Assembly (NCBI GenBank): GCA_026770705.1 | Contig: JANJGN010000026.1 | Coordinates: 35,402,001 to 35,466,000, forward strand | Source of the DNA: Isurus oxyrinchus | Lineage: Eukaryota | Length of the DNA: 64,000 nt | Reading direction: 5' to 3' | Part shown: positions 1 to 13,200 of the stretch, one piece after another | Layout of the letters: the number at the start of each line of letters is the position of its first letter | Position numbering within the stretch: position 1 is the first letter of the stretch | Position numbers and translations under genes: made by a program | Notes under the pieces: generated by a model | Seen by the model: only the letters and a program-made list of their open reading frames with translations | Database searches by the model: none | What the model was told of the DNA's origin: nothing

Positions 1-390
1 CATTGACAAACAACCGCCCCTTTGCAGCCTCTCGATAGCTTAATTTCCACCATAGCTCTGCATAATCAGAAAGCCTGGAAACATTATATCTGTTCCTTCT
101 CCATCTTGATAACGTCCAGTTGGACTCCATCGGATCAGGAAGGATTTCTTCCCCAATCCTGCACTGTAAATCCGAATCGATTCCCTCTGTAAGGATAGTG
201 AGTGTAATCCAGGTCAAGGCGCTTCGAGTTACTCTCTGCTCTCTCAAAACCTGGCGTTCTCGGCTCACCACAGGGGACACAGGAAGTGAGGTGTGAACAT
301 CCTGAGACAGAGCAACAGATTATCGAGGGCGGGGATTAGAAAGGGTGTCTTCAAATATCGAGCAGCCGTTTGGCAGGGCGGACAGCGACA

Positions 391-858
391 ATGCGGCTAC
401 TCAGCATCTGGGCTGTGTGGACAGCGATTCTGACAGGTAAACGTGAAGGGAATACACTTCATCTTTTCTCTCTTTTCTCAGGCATGTTTTCAATCAGATT
501 TCAATAAGCTATCGGTCTTAACTTTACTGTTTTAATACATCTTTTCCAGGCGGGACTCATGGAGATTCTGTCACTCAGCCACTCTCATCAGATGTTAAGA
601 CCGAAGGCGAAGAGGTGACTTTGAAATGTAACTATGATACTACAAGTGACAGCTATACGTTATACTGGTACCGGCAACACCCAGACACACAGCCCCAGTT
701 TGTACTGTACAAGGATGATTATGGCAGTGAGAATAAAGCAGAATTTGCGAAAAGTCGTTTCTCTGTAAAGCTCCAGATCTCCACTAAATTCACCAGTTTA
801 ACCATCTCGAGTCTGCAGCTGACTGACGCCGCCGTCTATTACTGCGCTTTCTGGGACG
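391..858 (+). CDS. TCR alpha/delta V segment, apparently functional (leader exon 391-436, V exon 550-858)
   Basis: Leader MRLLSIWAVWTAILT with G|GTAAAC donor; TTCCAG acceptor at 549; open frame GGTHGDSVTQP...VTLKC...LYWYRQHP...DAAVYYCAFWD with C23/W41/C104; followed by RSS. Confidence 0.95.
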
Positions 859-897
859 CACAGTGATGAAAATCAGTCTCACCCCTGTACAAAAACT
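859..897 (+). promoter_or_regulatory. 23-RSS of the first V
   Basis: CACAGTG (859-865), 23-nt spacer, ACAAAAACT (889-897). Confidence 0.97.
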
Positions 898-1239
898 GCC
901 TATGCACTGTTAGTGGGAACTCCAGTCTGTTGGGGTCTGTGTCGAATCTCGGGTAGATGAAGTGACAATGCTCAGCGGCGTTGCCAGCCGCTCAGACACA
1001 TAGCGACGCGAAACCACATTAACCTCGGATCAAACTGCCGCCCAACTGTTCCCAGGAGCGGCCCAGAAAATCAAACAAACTGCAGAATCCGATCGGGCAG
1101 ACAGACATGGAAGGGAATTTGACCTGACGTCCGATCCTCATTCGTTGTTCATTATCACCAGTAAATCAAGGTTAATGGAGGATGAGGGAGACATCTGCAA
1201 ACAGAATGCAAACCGAGGGCGATCTATGCTTGGTTCAGT

Positions 1240-1620
1240 AATCACAGGGCTGGACTGCACTAGCCATATAAATACTGTGGCTACAAGAGCTGGTCAGTGG
1301 CTAGGAATCCTGCGACGAGTAATTCACTCCCCTATTCACTAAAGTCTATCCACCTTCTGCAAGGTAAAAATCAGGAGTGTGATGGAATACTCCTCACTCG
1401 CCTGGATCGGTGCAGCTCCCAAAACACTCCAGAAGCTGGACACCGTTCAGGACAAAGCAGTCCGTTTAATTGGCACCACATTCACAAACATTCACTCCCT
1501 CCACCACCAAAGCACCGTCGCAGCAGTGTGTACCATATACAAGATGCACGGCAGGAATTCACGGAGGCTCATTCGACAGCACCTTCCGATAACAGATGGA
1601 TGGGAATACCAGCAAAAGTA
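1240..1620 (+). mobile_element. Non-LTR retrotransposon (CR1/L2 group) ORF2 3' fragment
   Basis: HINTVATRAGQWLGILRR / MEYSSLAW...KLDTVQDKAVRLIG...AVCTIYKMH; same family recurs at ~59860-60370 and its tail at ~50990-51200. Confidence 0.75.
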
Positions 1621-2772
1621 GGACAGCAAAAGGTAAAAAAAAGATATAGAGACATTTCTGAAATTCAAGTTCGGTTTATATTGTGAGTTGAAATAAACTA
1701 CTCTAAATCCGGTACTGATTGTCACCTGTATTGAAAGGGAAAAATATAGATAAAGGAGTAGAGACTGGTTTCAAGGGAAGGCATCCCTGAAATTCATCGT
1801 GGAGCCTGAATTCTTCCTCCTCCTCATTGGTGTGAAGGAGCCCTCTTATGCGCACTGACTGGAATTCTCAGTGTGAGGCTTTCTACAGGCTCCTGGAAGA
1901 CATGTTCAATTGTTATTCATTCATGGGATATGGGCTTCGCTGGCTGGGCCAGCATTTATGACCTATGTGTAATTGCATTAGAAGTTGGTGGTAAGCTATC
2001 TTCTTGAACCGCTGAAGTTCATGTGGTGCAGGTTCAGCCACAGTGCTGTTCGGGAGGGAGTTCCAAGATTTTAACCCAGCGACAGGGAAGGAATTTCATG
2101 CAGTGAATAATACATGTGTCACAATTGAATTTGGAGCATCTCAGATTGCAACCGTTGTGTAGATAGTTTAAGTACAGTTGCGCTGGCTCACTGTCTGTAA
2201 AGGCCACGTTGACATGTTTATAATATTCATTGACTGCATTGAAGCACTTCATGATCTATTTGGAAAACTGTAATATGATTTCATTTTTTGTGATGACCAC
2301 TTTGAAACGCTTTGAACTGTTCTTTCAGATATTTTATGAATAAAGTATATTTTACCTAAAATAAACTGGATCACAGGAGGCAGACTCACTGATGGGAATG
2401 GTATAATTACTGATTGATTTAGTGACTTGGTTCATTTATTACTATCATCTTAGCAAGATGCGTGGAAGACAATAAGTGATACCATAGGTAAAAGTTAGAA
2501 ATGGTGGAAAATACTATCTGGAATGTGCAGGGACAAGAATTAAACGCTACTCCCACTGGGGGCGAGTACTGTCACTGATAATGTATCTATTCTTTTAGCT
2601 GGGAGGTCTCCTCTAGATCTGATCTGTTCACTGCACTTTGTCTTGTGCTACATGCGACTGCCGAATTGTCACCACAGCCGTTTCGGGTCAGTGCCCATCT
2701 GAGAGGCTTTGAAGAGTAACTCTGTCCCGCTGAATGGAAGGAGAAATTGCCCGGGTGAAAGTTTGATTTCCT

Positions 2773-2786
2773 CCACCAGGTGGCAG
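2773..2786 (+). promoter_or_regulatory. Candidate CTCF site
   Basis: CCACCAGGTGGCAG matches the CTCF core CCASYAGRKGGCR; motif match only. Confidence 0.6.
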
Positions 2787-3779
2787 ACGAAGCCTAGATA
2801 TCGCCCAGCTCTCTGCCTGGAGCAGCCCTCAGCCGCCGACCAGCCTTGGAATTGTCTATCAATCAATCTGTGCTTATAAATCCCATTTCGCTCCTGGAAT
2901 CCACTCCAACTGAACGCATGGCATTCACCTGTCTGCTGGGTAACGGGAGTCGCTGTCCCACTCGCTGGTCCACGGGAAAAGCAGTGGAGAGTTCAGTTAC
3001 TTTTACTGACTTCGCATCCATTCTGTCAATGCTTCCTCAGTCAATTCTAAGGGAGGTCAATGGCAGAGTAATTAATGCTGCTGAGTCCGCGCAATCACCA
3101 CCACACATCTGATACAACAACAACCCTCAAACCCCCTCCGCCCCCACCTTCCCTTCTGAAGCAAATGTGGCTCTTTCTCATTTTGTGGCTCTATTTGAAT
3201 GGAGACGAATGGCAGCCGGAAAGCATCTGATGTGTTCCTGCTCCATCTCAGAAGATGGATCTCGCTCCTTTAGACTTCTGGGTCTCAAGCCAAACGCCAC
3301 AGGGTGAAAGGTCAGCCTGTGCCCCAATGGCCAACTTAATGGCTTGTCATAGACAAGAGGCCCTCTGCGAACTCGGCTGAGGCCGAGCGGACTGCGGCTT
3401 CGTGAAGATCCTGGAACAAAGATCTGACTCACCCAAATCACAGCTATGTGCAAAGCAGCAGAAAGCATGAGAGCATTGGGTCCTGAAATGCGATGAAATG
3501 CCACCAGAGTGCGTGTCTGCTTCAATTAGGCTTCAACATGGCAGTGTGACCTGAATATTCGGATAAGTATAAGAGAGACTTGCATTCAGACCCGGCAGAA
3601 AATGGCATCAGCGATTGCAATCGGAATTATCCCAACTGATTGAAACTCAGTGCAGTGCAAACACCATCGGTACGGGGGCTACCACTGGTGCAGACAAGTA
3701 CAAAATCGCGGCCCAGAATTCATAACATTAGTGACCGCAATACTGACGGGGCCGTACAGGCTTTATTTGCACCGTAGGA

Positions 3780-6075
3780 GAACAAAGAACAAACAACAAA
3801 GAAAAGTACAGCACAGAAACAGGCCCTTCGGCCTTCCAAGCCTGCGCCGATCATAGAGATCGTAACTAAAACATTTTGCACTTCCCGGGTCCGTATCTTT
3901 CTATTCCCATCCTATTCATGTATTTGTCAAGCTGCCTCTTAAACACCACTATTGTACATGCTTCCACCGCCTCCTCTGGCAGCGAATTCCAGACACTCAC
4001 TACCCTCTGCTTAAAAAAAACTTGCCCCGCACATATCCTCTATAGTTTTCTCCTCTCACCTTAAATCTATGTCCCCTATTAATTGAATCTTCCACCCTGG
4101 GAAAAAGCTTCTGACTATCTACTCTGCCCATGCCACTCATAATTTTGTAAACTTCTATCAAGTCGCCTCTCAATCTCCGTTGCTCTAGTGAGAACAATCC
4201 GAGTTTCTCCAAACTCTCCTCATAGCTAATAACCTCCAGAGCAGGCAGCATCCTGCTAAACCTCCTCTGTACCCTCTCCAACGCCTCTATATCCTTTGTT
4301 AATGTGGCGACCAGAATTACACGCAATATTCCAAGTGTGGCCTAATCAAGGTTCTATACAGCTGCAGCATGACTTCTCAGTTTTTATACTCAATACTCCT
4401 GCCAATGAAGGGAAACATGCCGTATGCCTTCCTGACTACCTTATCCACCTGCGTTGCCACTTTCAGTGATCCGTTGACATTTAGACCCAGATCCGTCTGC
4501 CCGTCGATGCACTTAAGAGTTCTGCCATTTGCTGTATAATTCCTGCCCGTATTAGACCTTCCAAAATGCATTACCTCACATTTGTCCGGAGTAAACTCCA
4601 TCTGCCATTTCTTCGCCCAAGTCTGCAACTGATTTATATGCCGTTGTATCATTTGACAATCCTTCTTTATTATCTGCAACTCTCCAACCTTAGTGTCTTC
4701 TGTAAATTTACTAATTAGACCAGTTACATATTCCTCCAAATCAGTTACGTATGCAACAAACAGCAAAGGTCCCAGCACTGATCCCTGCGGAACTCCACGA
4801 GTCGCAGCTCTCCATTCTGAAAAGCATCCTGCCAATGCTACCCTCTGGCTTCTATGACCAAGCCAATTCTGTATCCACCTTGCCAGCTTACCTTTGATCC
4901 CGTGCAACTTTACCTTCTGTATACGTCTGCCATGAGGGACCTTGTCAAAGGCCTTGCTGAAATCCATGTAGATAACATCCACTGCCCTTCCATCATCGAC
5001 CATCTTTGTCACTTTCTCGAAAAACTCGATCAAGTTAGTGAGACCCGACCTCCCTTTCACAAAACCATGCTGCCTCTCACTAATACGCCCATTTGCTTCC
5101 AAATGGTAGTAAATCCCGTCACAAAGAATCTTCTCCAATAATTTTCCTACCACTGATGTAAGGATCACCAGCCTGTAATTTCCTGGATTATCCCTGCTAC
5201 TCTTCTTAAACAATGGAACAACATTGGCCATTCTGCAGTCCTCTAGGACCTCTTCCGTAGCCAGTGAGGATACAAAGATTTCTGTCAAGGCCCCAGAAAT
5301 CTCCTCCCTTGCCTCCCTCAGTACTCTGGGGTAGATCCCATCTGGTCCTGGGGATTTATCCACCTTAATATTCTTCAACACGCCTAACACCTCCTCTTTT
5401 TTGATCTCCACATGATCCAGGCTATCTACACACTCTTCCCTAGGCAAATCGACTGCTAAGTCCTTCTCTTTGGTGAATACTGATGAGATGTATTCATTTA
5501 GTATCTCTCCCATTTCTTCTGGCTCCACACACAGATTCCCACCTCTGTCCCTGTGTGGGCCAACCCTTTCCCTGGCTACCTTCTTGCTTTTTACATATGT
5601 TTTAAAGGCCTTGGGGATTTTCCTTAATCCTAGTTGCCAGTGACTTTTCATGACCCCTTTTAGCCCTCCTGACTCCTTGCTTAAGTTTCTTAGTACTTTC
5701 TTTATATTCTCCAGGGTCTTCATCTGTTCCCAGCCTTTTAGCCCTTATGAATGCTTCCCTTTTCTTTTTGACTAATCTCACAATATCCATCGTTATCCAC
5801 GGTTCCTGAAACTTGCCATGCTTATCCTTCATCCTATCAGGAACTTGCCGGTCCTGAACTCTTATCAACTGACGTTTGAAAGCCCCCGACATGTCCATTG
5901 TTGATTTGCCCTCAAACATCCGCCTGCAGTCTAGATTCCTCAGCTCCTGTCTAATATTGCTCTAATTAGCCTTCCCCCAATTAAGCACCTTAACCCGATG
6001 ACTCCTGTTATCCTTATCCACTAGTACCTTGAAACCTATTGAATTATGGTCAGCTTTCCCGAAATGCTCCTCTAA
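3780..6075 (-). mobile_element. CR1-type LINE, 5'-truncated ORF2 (reverse transcriptase)
   Basis: ORF 4377-5723 with KSPGPDGIYP, VVPLFKK, QHGFVKGRS, DFSKAFDKVPH, GVPQGSVLGP; C-terminal LERVQRRF...RRLRGDLIEVYKI; frameshifts between ORFs. Confidence 0.93.
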
Positions 6076-6891
6076 TGTTATGTACTGACATAACTAGAAG
6101 TTATGACATTCTCAGTATTGAGGGAATCGCGGCGTCAGACGTTGGAGTGTTGGGTGTACAGTGAGACATGGTGGGGCCGAGACCAAGTGGGCCCATACAA
6201 TACCCGCTGCGGGTTCCCATCAGCCAGCCCCTACACAGGTACTATTATGTGGGCTCCTTTCAACAGGCTTCACCCATCCTATAAGGAAAGGATAACTAGA
6301 TTATCCTGAATGTGCTGACTCCCTTGGTAGGTAGAGTATCATCGACCCCGCCCATTCCCCCGGGAAAGGGGATTAGAGATCATGGTGAGTGTTTTACTTG
6401 TTTTGTTACACACAAGTCCACAGGCTCCACACATTATGTAAGGACATGGCTCCCTGGGCTGTCCTGATGGCGTTAAATGTTTACTGAGTTACAGCACCTC
6501 GGGAGTTCACTCATTCTGTAAGGGTTGTTTTCCACTGCATTTGAACATCCAGTGTCAGGCTGGTCGCTTGTGAGAATGATTCTCATAAAGAGATGTGCTT
6601 CCCCTCACTTCCCTCCTCGCGGAGCAGAAGAAGCTGCTGGTCTTCAGACAACTGTTAGGTTCAGAGCTGAACCGCGGGGGAAATGAGCAGCGGGCTAACA
6701 AACCACCTCCTTATATCCGGTGAACAATATCAATTTCAAGCCAATAAGGAGCGGGAAAAATAAACACGTGACCGAGATATTGCATATCCATCATTGACTT
6801 TAAACAGCCAACATTTTAATCTCTTCACCCGATTCATTTTCTTCTGTTATGAGCTGCCTCCTATTATTGTATTGACATTCTCATAGCAACC

Positions 6892-7367
6892 ATGTGTTGT
6901 GTCGCCCCGTTAAAGCTATTATCCGTCATCCTGGCGATCCGAACAGGGAGGTACAGGACAGGTACCCAATAACCAAGAGTGAGTTTTTCATTACTCATCT
7001 CGTTTTTCCAGTTTTTCATACCCTGAATACTTCTGCAGGTCGATGTCTCTCGAACCGTGTCCTTCAATCTCCCGCTTCGAAAACAGTCCAGAGCGGGGAT
7101 TCGCTGCAGATGGACTGCAGCTACGAGGTGTCCGACTTTTAGGCGATGCGTTGGTATAGACTGCAATACGGCCAGGGACTGCAGTGGATTATAAGGCGAG
7201 CATAGATTGGCAAATAGAGACGCAGGCGATATGAACTGAAACTTTCCGAGTCGGAGAAACGCGGCAAACCGCTCATTGAAGGCACTGAGGACGCCAATGT
7301 CACGGTTTATTAATGTGCGGCTGAGCCCCACACTGAGACAAAACCGGGCAGCCACTGTCCAAAAACC
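6892..7367 (+). pseudogene. TCR V pseudogene with 23-RSS
   Basis: Leader-like ATG at 6892; acceptor 7038; RVLQSPASKTVQSGDSLQMDCSYEVSDF*AMRWYRLQ...TVY*CAAEP with four in-frame stops; CACACTG(7329-7335)-23-CCAAAAACC(7359-7367). Confidence 0.85.
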
Positions 7368-8394
7368 TCGCTCCTGGGCACAGTTCCGGAAGAGAGGCAG
7401 CAATCTCGTTGATAACAGAAGGCGGGCCAGGCGGCTCAGAGCATGAGCGGCTAACGACAGAGACGGGCAGGGGTGCCACTGGTTGCCTAGTAAATCCAGG
7501 GCTGCCGCGGATTGTCTAGTAAATCCTACTGGAGAGGATCTTTCATCAGAGATACTGATGGTCACAGCAGAGAGTGTCGGACTGTGGATGCAGTTAGTCA
7601 GTGCGGTCTTTCCTACGTGGGGAGCTCCATTGTCTGATTGTGTCCCAGGGAACCGAGAGGGATCCTGAGTGTTTAATTTATGCCGTTGTGTGATGATTCT
7701 TAAAGAACATTAAGATAATCATACAGTAAAATCCGTGCTTAAATTTGCCCCAAATTATGACCAAACAGTTATCTGAAAGAATGTGCTTGCGATTGTCCTG
7801 CGGATGATATTTTACCGACCCTCACCCCCCTCTTCTATCTCGCAGGAAAATATTAACCAAATTCGAAACAAAAACAGAAAATGCTGCAAACACAACCAGA
7901 AACAGTATGAAGGCTCCAGTCTGTGACCTTTCACCAAAAATCAGCAACTCCTCAAACTGAGTTCAGGTGGAATGTCGCGGACGTGAAACCTTATATCTTA
8001 TTCTCCCTGCAGCAATGTTTTCCGACTTGCCGAGTATGGCAAGAATTACCTGTTTTTGCCCCCAAATGTATTTGAATGGGAGCATAAAGCTGCTGATGAC
8101 AGAGCCCTACCAAGTGAGAGGCAGCAGCCATCATTAGTTGTAACTAGCTGTGGGTCAGAGTCCCACGCACGGCAAGACATTTGTAAGCCAGATGGGTTTT
8201 CGTGACAATTGTTTTTTTTCCTGTAGATAATTAGACAAAGTTATTAAACTCAAGTTTTACCATTTGTCGTGGTGGGATTCGAACACTGGACATTGTACAA
8301 TGTTGTTGGATTACTAGCTCATCGATAATTCCCCGACACCCCTGTAGCACACTGCCTTAACGCAAAAGCAGAAAGGTTAAGGAGTATGATTCCG

Positions 8395-8735
8395 CCAGTG
8401 TTCAGCAGAGGGTAGATTGCTAAAGTTGTCTGGGTGTGATTATGACACTGCACAGCAAAGGGTAGATTTTTAAAGGTGTGTGTGTGTGTGTATGTGTTTG
8501 TGTATGTGTGTGATTATGACATTGTCCAGCAGAGGGTAGATTGCTTAAGATGTGTGGGTGGGTGTGCGTGTTTGTCATGATCACAGTGCCCAGCAGAGGG
8601 TAGATTGCTCAAGGGCTGTCTGTGTGTGGATGTGGTAATGACAGTGTCCAGCAGAGGGTAGATTTCTAATGTTGTGTGTGCGTGTGTGTGATTCAGGCAG
8701 TGTCCATCAGAGGGTCGATTGCGAAAGGTGTGCGC

Positions 8736-8819
<84 letters not shown>

Positions 8820-8825
8820 TTCTGG
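8395..8825 (+). repeat. Minisatellite (CAGAGGGTAGATT...GTGTGATT, about six units) ending in a long (GT)n
   Basis: Repeated core visible at ~8406, 8455, 8528, 8592, 8650, 8707. Confidence 0.9.
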
Positions 8826-10438
8826 CACAGCACAACAGCAAACGGCAAAGACGAATTGAAGGGCCACATCAATACTAAGGGAACGGTTTCATTATCTTTG
8901 TGTCAAACAGCAGATGCCATGACTGGGACATGTGAAAACATAGGCCCTGTCACCGAGCTCCAATACTCAGTGAACATCTCAGAGCTTCCAAGCGATTTTG
9001 GAGGTGGTAAAACAGAATTGACGGAGTTGGCGAGTAACGACAGTTCAGAGATATCCAGGAAAATTCACAACCCCTTCATTCTGAAAGATGCTCAGAACCT
9101 GAATCTTCGCCATTTCTTCCTGAATGACATAGGTAGAATATTTCGAAAGAAAGGAAGTAACCCTGGAAAACACGCTGACTCACCAAACCTGGATTCACTG
9201 TGCAATATCTATTCTCCTAATAATCTGGATTTGCAAGTCTGATGATGACCACGGAATCATTGCCAGTTGCAGTGAACAAACCCATATGTTTCACTAATGT
9301 GCTTTAGGGAGGGAAATCTGGCGCCTTTACCTGGTCTGGCCTACATCTGACTCCAGGCCGACATTTATGTGGTTGGCTCTTAAATGCCCTTGAACAAGGG
9401 CAATTAGAGCAGGACAATAAATGCTGGCCAACGTCCTACTAAGGAATAAAACAAATGTTAAAAACATCAATTTTTCCCCAGTCTCTTGGTGCGAAGAGTT
9501 TCCACCCGTGCAGTGGCCAACGAACACGAGGCAATGGAATTGATAAAAGCTAATCAGCACAGCTCAGAGCCAGGTTAAACATAGCAAGGGTTCAATTCCA
9601 ATCCCACATGATGGAATAATCGAATGCCGAGAACCATAAATGCTGCAAATCTGAAATAAAAGAACAGAACATTCTGGAAAAGTAAAGGATAGCTGGTTAG
9701 GATGCCTTTCAGTGGAGAGCTAACGTTTCAGATTGATGAAATTTTATCCCAACTGGAAATGCTGGAAGTGACGTAAGTCTTCTTCAATGATTTGGTGGGA
9801 TATAGTGTGTTTCATTGCATGGGACCTGGTTAACTTTTGCAGCCAGTGTGGGGTCCATGGCGTAAGGTGTTGGCGGACGATAGTTCCCATGGATAATTAA
9901 AGCAAACCTTGTGATTTCGTTTTGCAAAACATCAGATACCTTGTCTGGGGTCACAAGAACCAGGTAACATTCTCTGGAATACTGGGGTAAGAGCGGGACA
10001 GGAGGATTCTCTCGGTGTCCTGGGACCACATTCCACCTTTAACAAACACCACCCAATGCAAACACATGCACCGACCTCCCAGTTTATCACTGTGGGGAAA
10101 GGAATGCAACAGCACAACTGGCAGAAAGAAAAGCTCCCTTCCCCCACCCCTGTACCCCAGAGTATTGTGGGAGGGGCTTTCACATCCTGATCACAATCCA
10201 AATATAGAGTCAGAAAATTGCAGCCTCCTTTTATAAACCTGTCTCTTATTCACACAGCACTTAGCCACCTATCGGGGAACCATGCGGCCCATCAATGATC
10301 TCAGCGAAACTGCCCTGTGCAAATAAACTCGATCCCCCTAAAATATTTCAGTCCAGCTCTGAGGTCCGGTTTCCCAGTGCATCCAGGGCTGCAGTCTCCA
10401 GCTCCCCGTCATATAAACCCTCAGTTCCAGGCAGCAGA

Positions 10439-10921
10439 ATGATGGGAATCTTTCTTGTTTTCACCCTGTGTGTATGTTTACCCAGTGAGTACCAATCAAA
10501 CAAACCGACATTGTGTGGATTTAATAGTAAGCTGCCCGAGCCCATCCCAATTACAGACAATGTCTGGGGTTTAACCCCGTTCTGTGAATCTGCTGTGATG
10601 CTCCATTAAACTCTCTCTGTTTAATTTCCAGGCTATTTCAGTCAGTCATTGACACAGACCCCGGCAGCGGTGACCAGGAAGGAGTGTCAGTCTCTCACCA
10701 TTACCTGTGTTTTCTATGGTGGTTTTTACGCTCGACATTTGACGGGCGGGGATTTCTTCAGAAAAACCCAGACCGGGACAGAGCGGGAGCGGATCTCCAG
10801 CGGAGGAAGATTTGTTGAGTCGTTGAATAAAGCACAAAATACATTTTCGCTGGAAATTCGGGATGTGAGAGTTGAAGACACCGCCACCTATTTCTGTAAA
10901 GCTCAGTACGAGTACGAAGAA
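10439..10921 (+). CDS. NAR-TCR V segment, copy 1 (IgNAR-like V; leader 10439-10484, V exon 10632-10921), open frame
   Basis: TATA at ~10411; leader MMGIFLVFTLCVCLP with GTGAGT donor; SQSLTQTPAAVTRKECQSLTITC...ERISSGGRFVESLNKAQNTFSLEIRDVRVEDTATYFCKA resembles VNAR (short CDR2 region) and has a non-canonical FR1 Cys. Confidence 0.9.
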
Positions 10922-10959
10922 CACGGCGACGGGTCTCGGTTTCCCGCGATATAAAAACT
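10922..10959 (+). promoter_or_regulatory. V 3' RSS with 22-nt spacer
   Basis: CACGGCG (10922-10928), 22 nt, ATAAAAACT (10951-10959). Confidence 0.8.
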
Positions 10960-11287
10960 CTCACTGCAGATTATTACAGAATCAAATAAAAAAACGGAGT
11001 TAATCTGCAGTTAAACCCCCCACGGCTCCGCCTCACACCGCCTGTCCCACAGTCTAGTGTATAATGAGATTGGATTATTGCCGTTAACATCTTGAGTTTT
11101 ATAAATGTCGAGTGTGTGCGGATGGCGATGTCTTTGCCGGGATTGGTGTCAGTGAATGGGGATTGGGAATGACTAATCCCAGTTACAAACCTCTAACACC
11201 AGATGTGATCCTGGTCTAACAGCTGGAACCGGGAACCGCAGTCCCAGCTGTTTACCTAGTATCCCAACAGCGCACCAAGTCCCCAGG

Positions 11288-11360
11288 GGATTTCATGCTG
11301 ACTTGGAACACTGTGTGTTTGGATGGGGAAGTCACAGTGGAAGAGACTTGAGCAAATATC
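11288..11360 (+). other. NAR-TCR D segment (core 11316-11332 TGTTTGGATGGGGAAGT) flanked by 12/12 RSS
   Basis: GGATTTCAT-12-CACTGTG | D | CACAGTG-12-GCAAATATC. Confidence 0.85.
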
Positions 11361-11676
11361 TCTCCACAATCACAATATAAATTCTCCAGTCCCGGACAGT
11401 GAATTGTCGGGTTGATGTTATTGTTGCTATAATCTGGTTACATTTCATTGTAATTTCCACCATTCAGTTATCTTTCTTTAATCATTTTTCTCGGTTTATA
11501 TGAAGAGAACATTTCGTTCCTGGGACCATTTACTCAGAGCTCAGGGCCTCACAAAGAACAGTTTGAACAGACAGAGACTTTAAAATATTGAATATTGTTT
11601 ATTTATTTATATCCGCTGAATAATTGGGCAGTTTCTACTGTCTGATGATGATTCCCCAATAGTTTGAGTTGTCGGT

Positions 11677-11759
11677 GGTTGTTGTACCGGGGACACTGAG
11701 AGTGGTGTCACTGTGGTGGGTTACTAAATATTATTCTGTGGATGGACCCAGGAAAGCTG
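11677..11759 (+). pseudogene. NAR-TCR J segment, copy 1 (23-RSS; FR4 shortened by 15 nt)
   Basis: GGTTGTTGT-23-CACTGTG(11709-11715); coding WVTKYYSVDGPRKA G|GTAAT versus YVDGSGTVVTVTA in copy 2. Confidence 0.8.
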
Positions 11760-12639
11760 GTAATAACTCCAAACCTCGCCGGGTTACCGACTGTCCCTTG
11801 TAATGTTCACTGTCAGTTTATTATTGATATCGGTTGGGTTTGGGGGGATGTGGGAGTTGAAGGAATCTGGACCATTATTGGTTTAACGGGCACATTGGGG
11901 ACAACATCAACATCTCGGACTCTCACACTTTGAATCGCTTTTAATGAGAGCAGATTGTCAGCAATCCGGACTCCACTCCCGGTGTTAATTGTGACCGAGG
12001 GAGCTCTGCCTGTCCCTTAGAGCTGGGGAGCGGGGTGACAGATCTCTCTCCTGGGCAGCAGTTTGCAGTCTGAGCTGCACAATGTGAATGAGGAACCGGG
12101 TGAATAAACTCAACATAACTGCGGCCATTTCGGATACCTGACCCGGGAGTAAAACAAGCAAGTGACACAATGGACTTCAGATATAAGAGGTCCTGATGTG
12201 GGTCTACATGGAATTTTATTATTGGATAATCAGTGACTGAAATTAGTGACAATGCCCCCGCCGTTTGTTTCAATTGTCTTCAGAAAACCAATTACTTTCC
12301 TCCCTTTCTGACCTCAGACCGAAATGTGAAAGTTTGGAACTGCAGACACTTTATTATCTTGAATGTAGATGTTTGAGAGATGGGATTGCTGTAATTTTTC
12401 TGTATCCCTGATTACTGTTAATGGAAACAACAAAATGCAGTGAGATAGTGAGGATAATGCATTAATCTTATAAAGGAGAACAAGAACATAGGGAACAATT
12501 ATAAACTGGGGCCATGTTCATTTAGAACCAGCAAGAAATAGCTCAGCGAAAGGGGATGAAGGATTATTTGACCTCTGGGCGCCTTCCAAAGTACAATCCG
12601 ACCACGTGGTGGGTGAGCTTTATGGAGGGAAGGACTGAA

Positions 12640-13200
12640 ATAGACTGAAATGCTGTGTAACGTTTTGGTCTCATTACTGAAGAGAGAACCATCTGCTTTG
12701 GAAGGAGTGCAACAAAGCCTCACCAGACTGATTCCTAAGATGAAGAGGTTGTCCATTGTGAAATGATTTAGTAGTCTGGGCCTGTATTCCCTAGAGTTTA
12801 GGAGAATGAGAGGTGATCTAATGAAAACATATAATATTCTTCAGGGAACTTGACTGGGCAGATACTGGGTCGCAGTTTCTCCAGGCTGAGGAGTATAGAA
12901 CTCAGGGTCACAGCTTCAGAAGAAAGGGTCATCCATTAGAACTGAGAAACGGAAAATAATCTTGAGAAGAACTATTGTTGCGAACCTGTGGCATTCTGTA
13001 ACTCAGAGAGCGGTGGGTGTTCAGTATCACCGTGTATGCAAGGCAATATTCGACAGATTTTTGGATACTAACAGAGTCAGGGGATATTGGGAGAATGCGG
13101 GAATGTGATGTTGAGGTGGAAAATCAGCAACCATATTACTGAATGGCTGAGCAGGTTTGAAAGGTGATCTGGCGCCTCCTGCTTCTATTCGATTCTCTAC
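12640..13200 (+). mobile_element. CR1 LINE 3' fragment in the J-supporting V intron (inverted counterpart at ~25560-26090)
   Basis: AGAATGAGAGGTGATCTAATGAAAACATATAA-type CR1 ORF2 tail at the same relative position in both cassettes. Confidence 0.75.

Noticed and set aside
6864-7565. 233-aa minus-strand ORF
   Set aside because: Antisense to the V pseudogene; no recognisable domain
8395-8825. CRISPR-like repeat/spacer appearance
   Set aside because: Vertebrate minisatellite with GT-rich non-unique spacers and no cas genes
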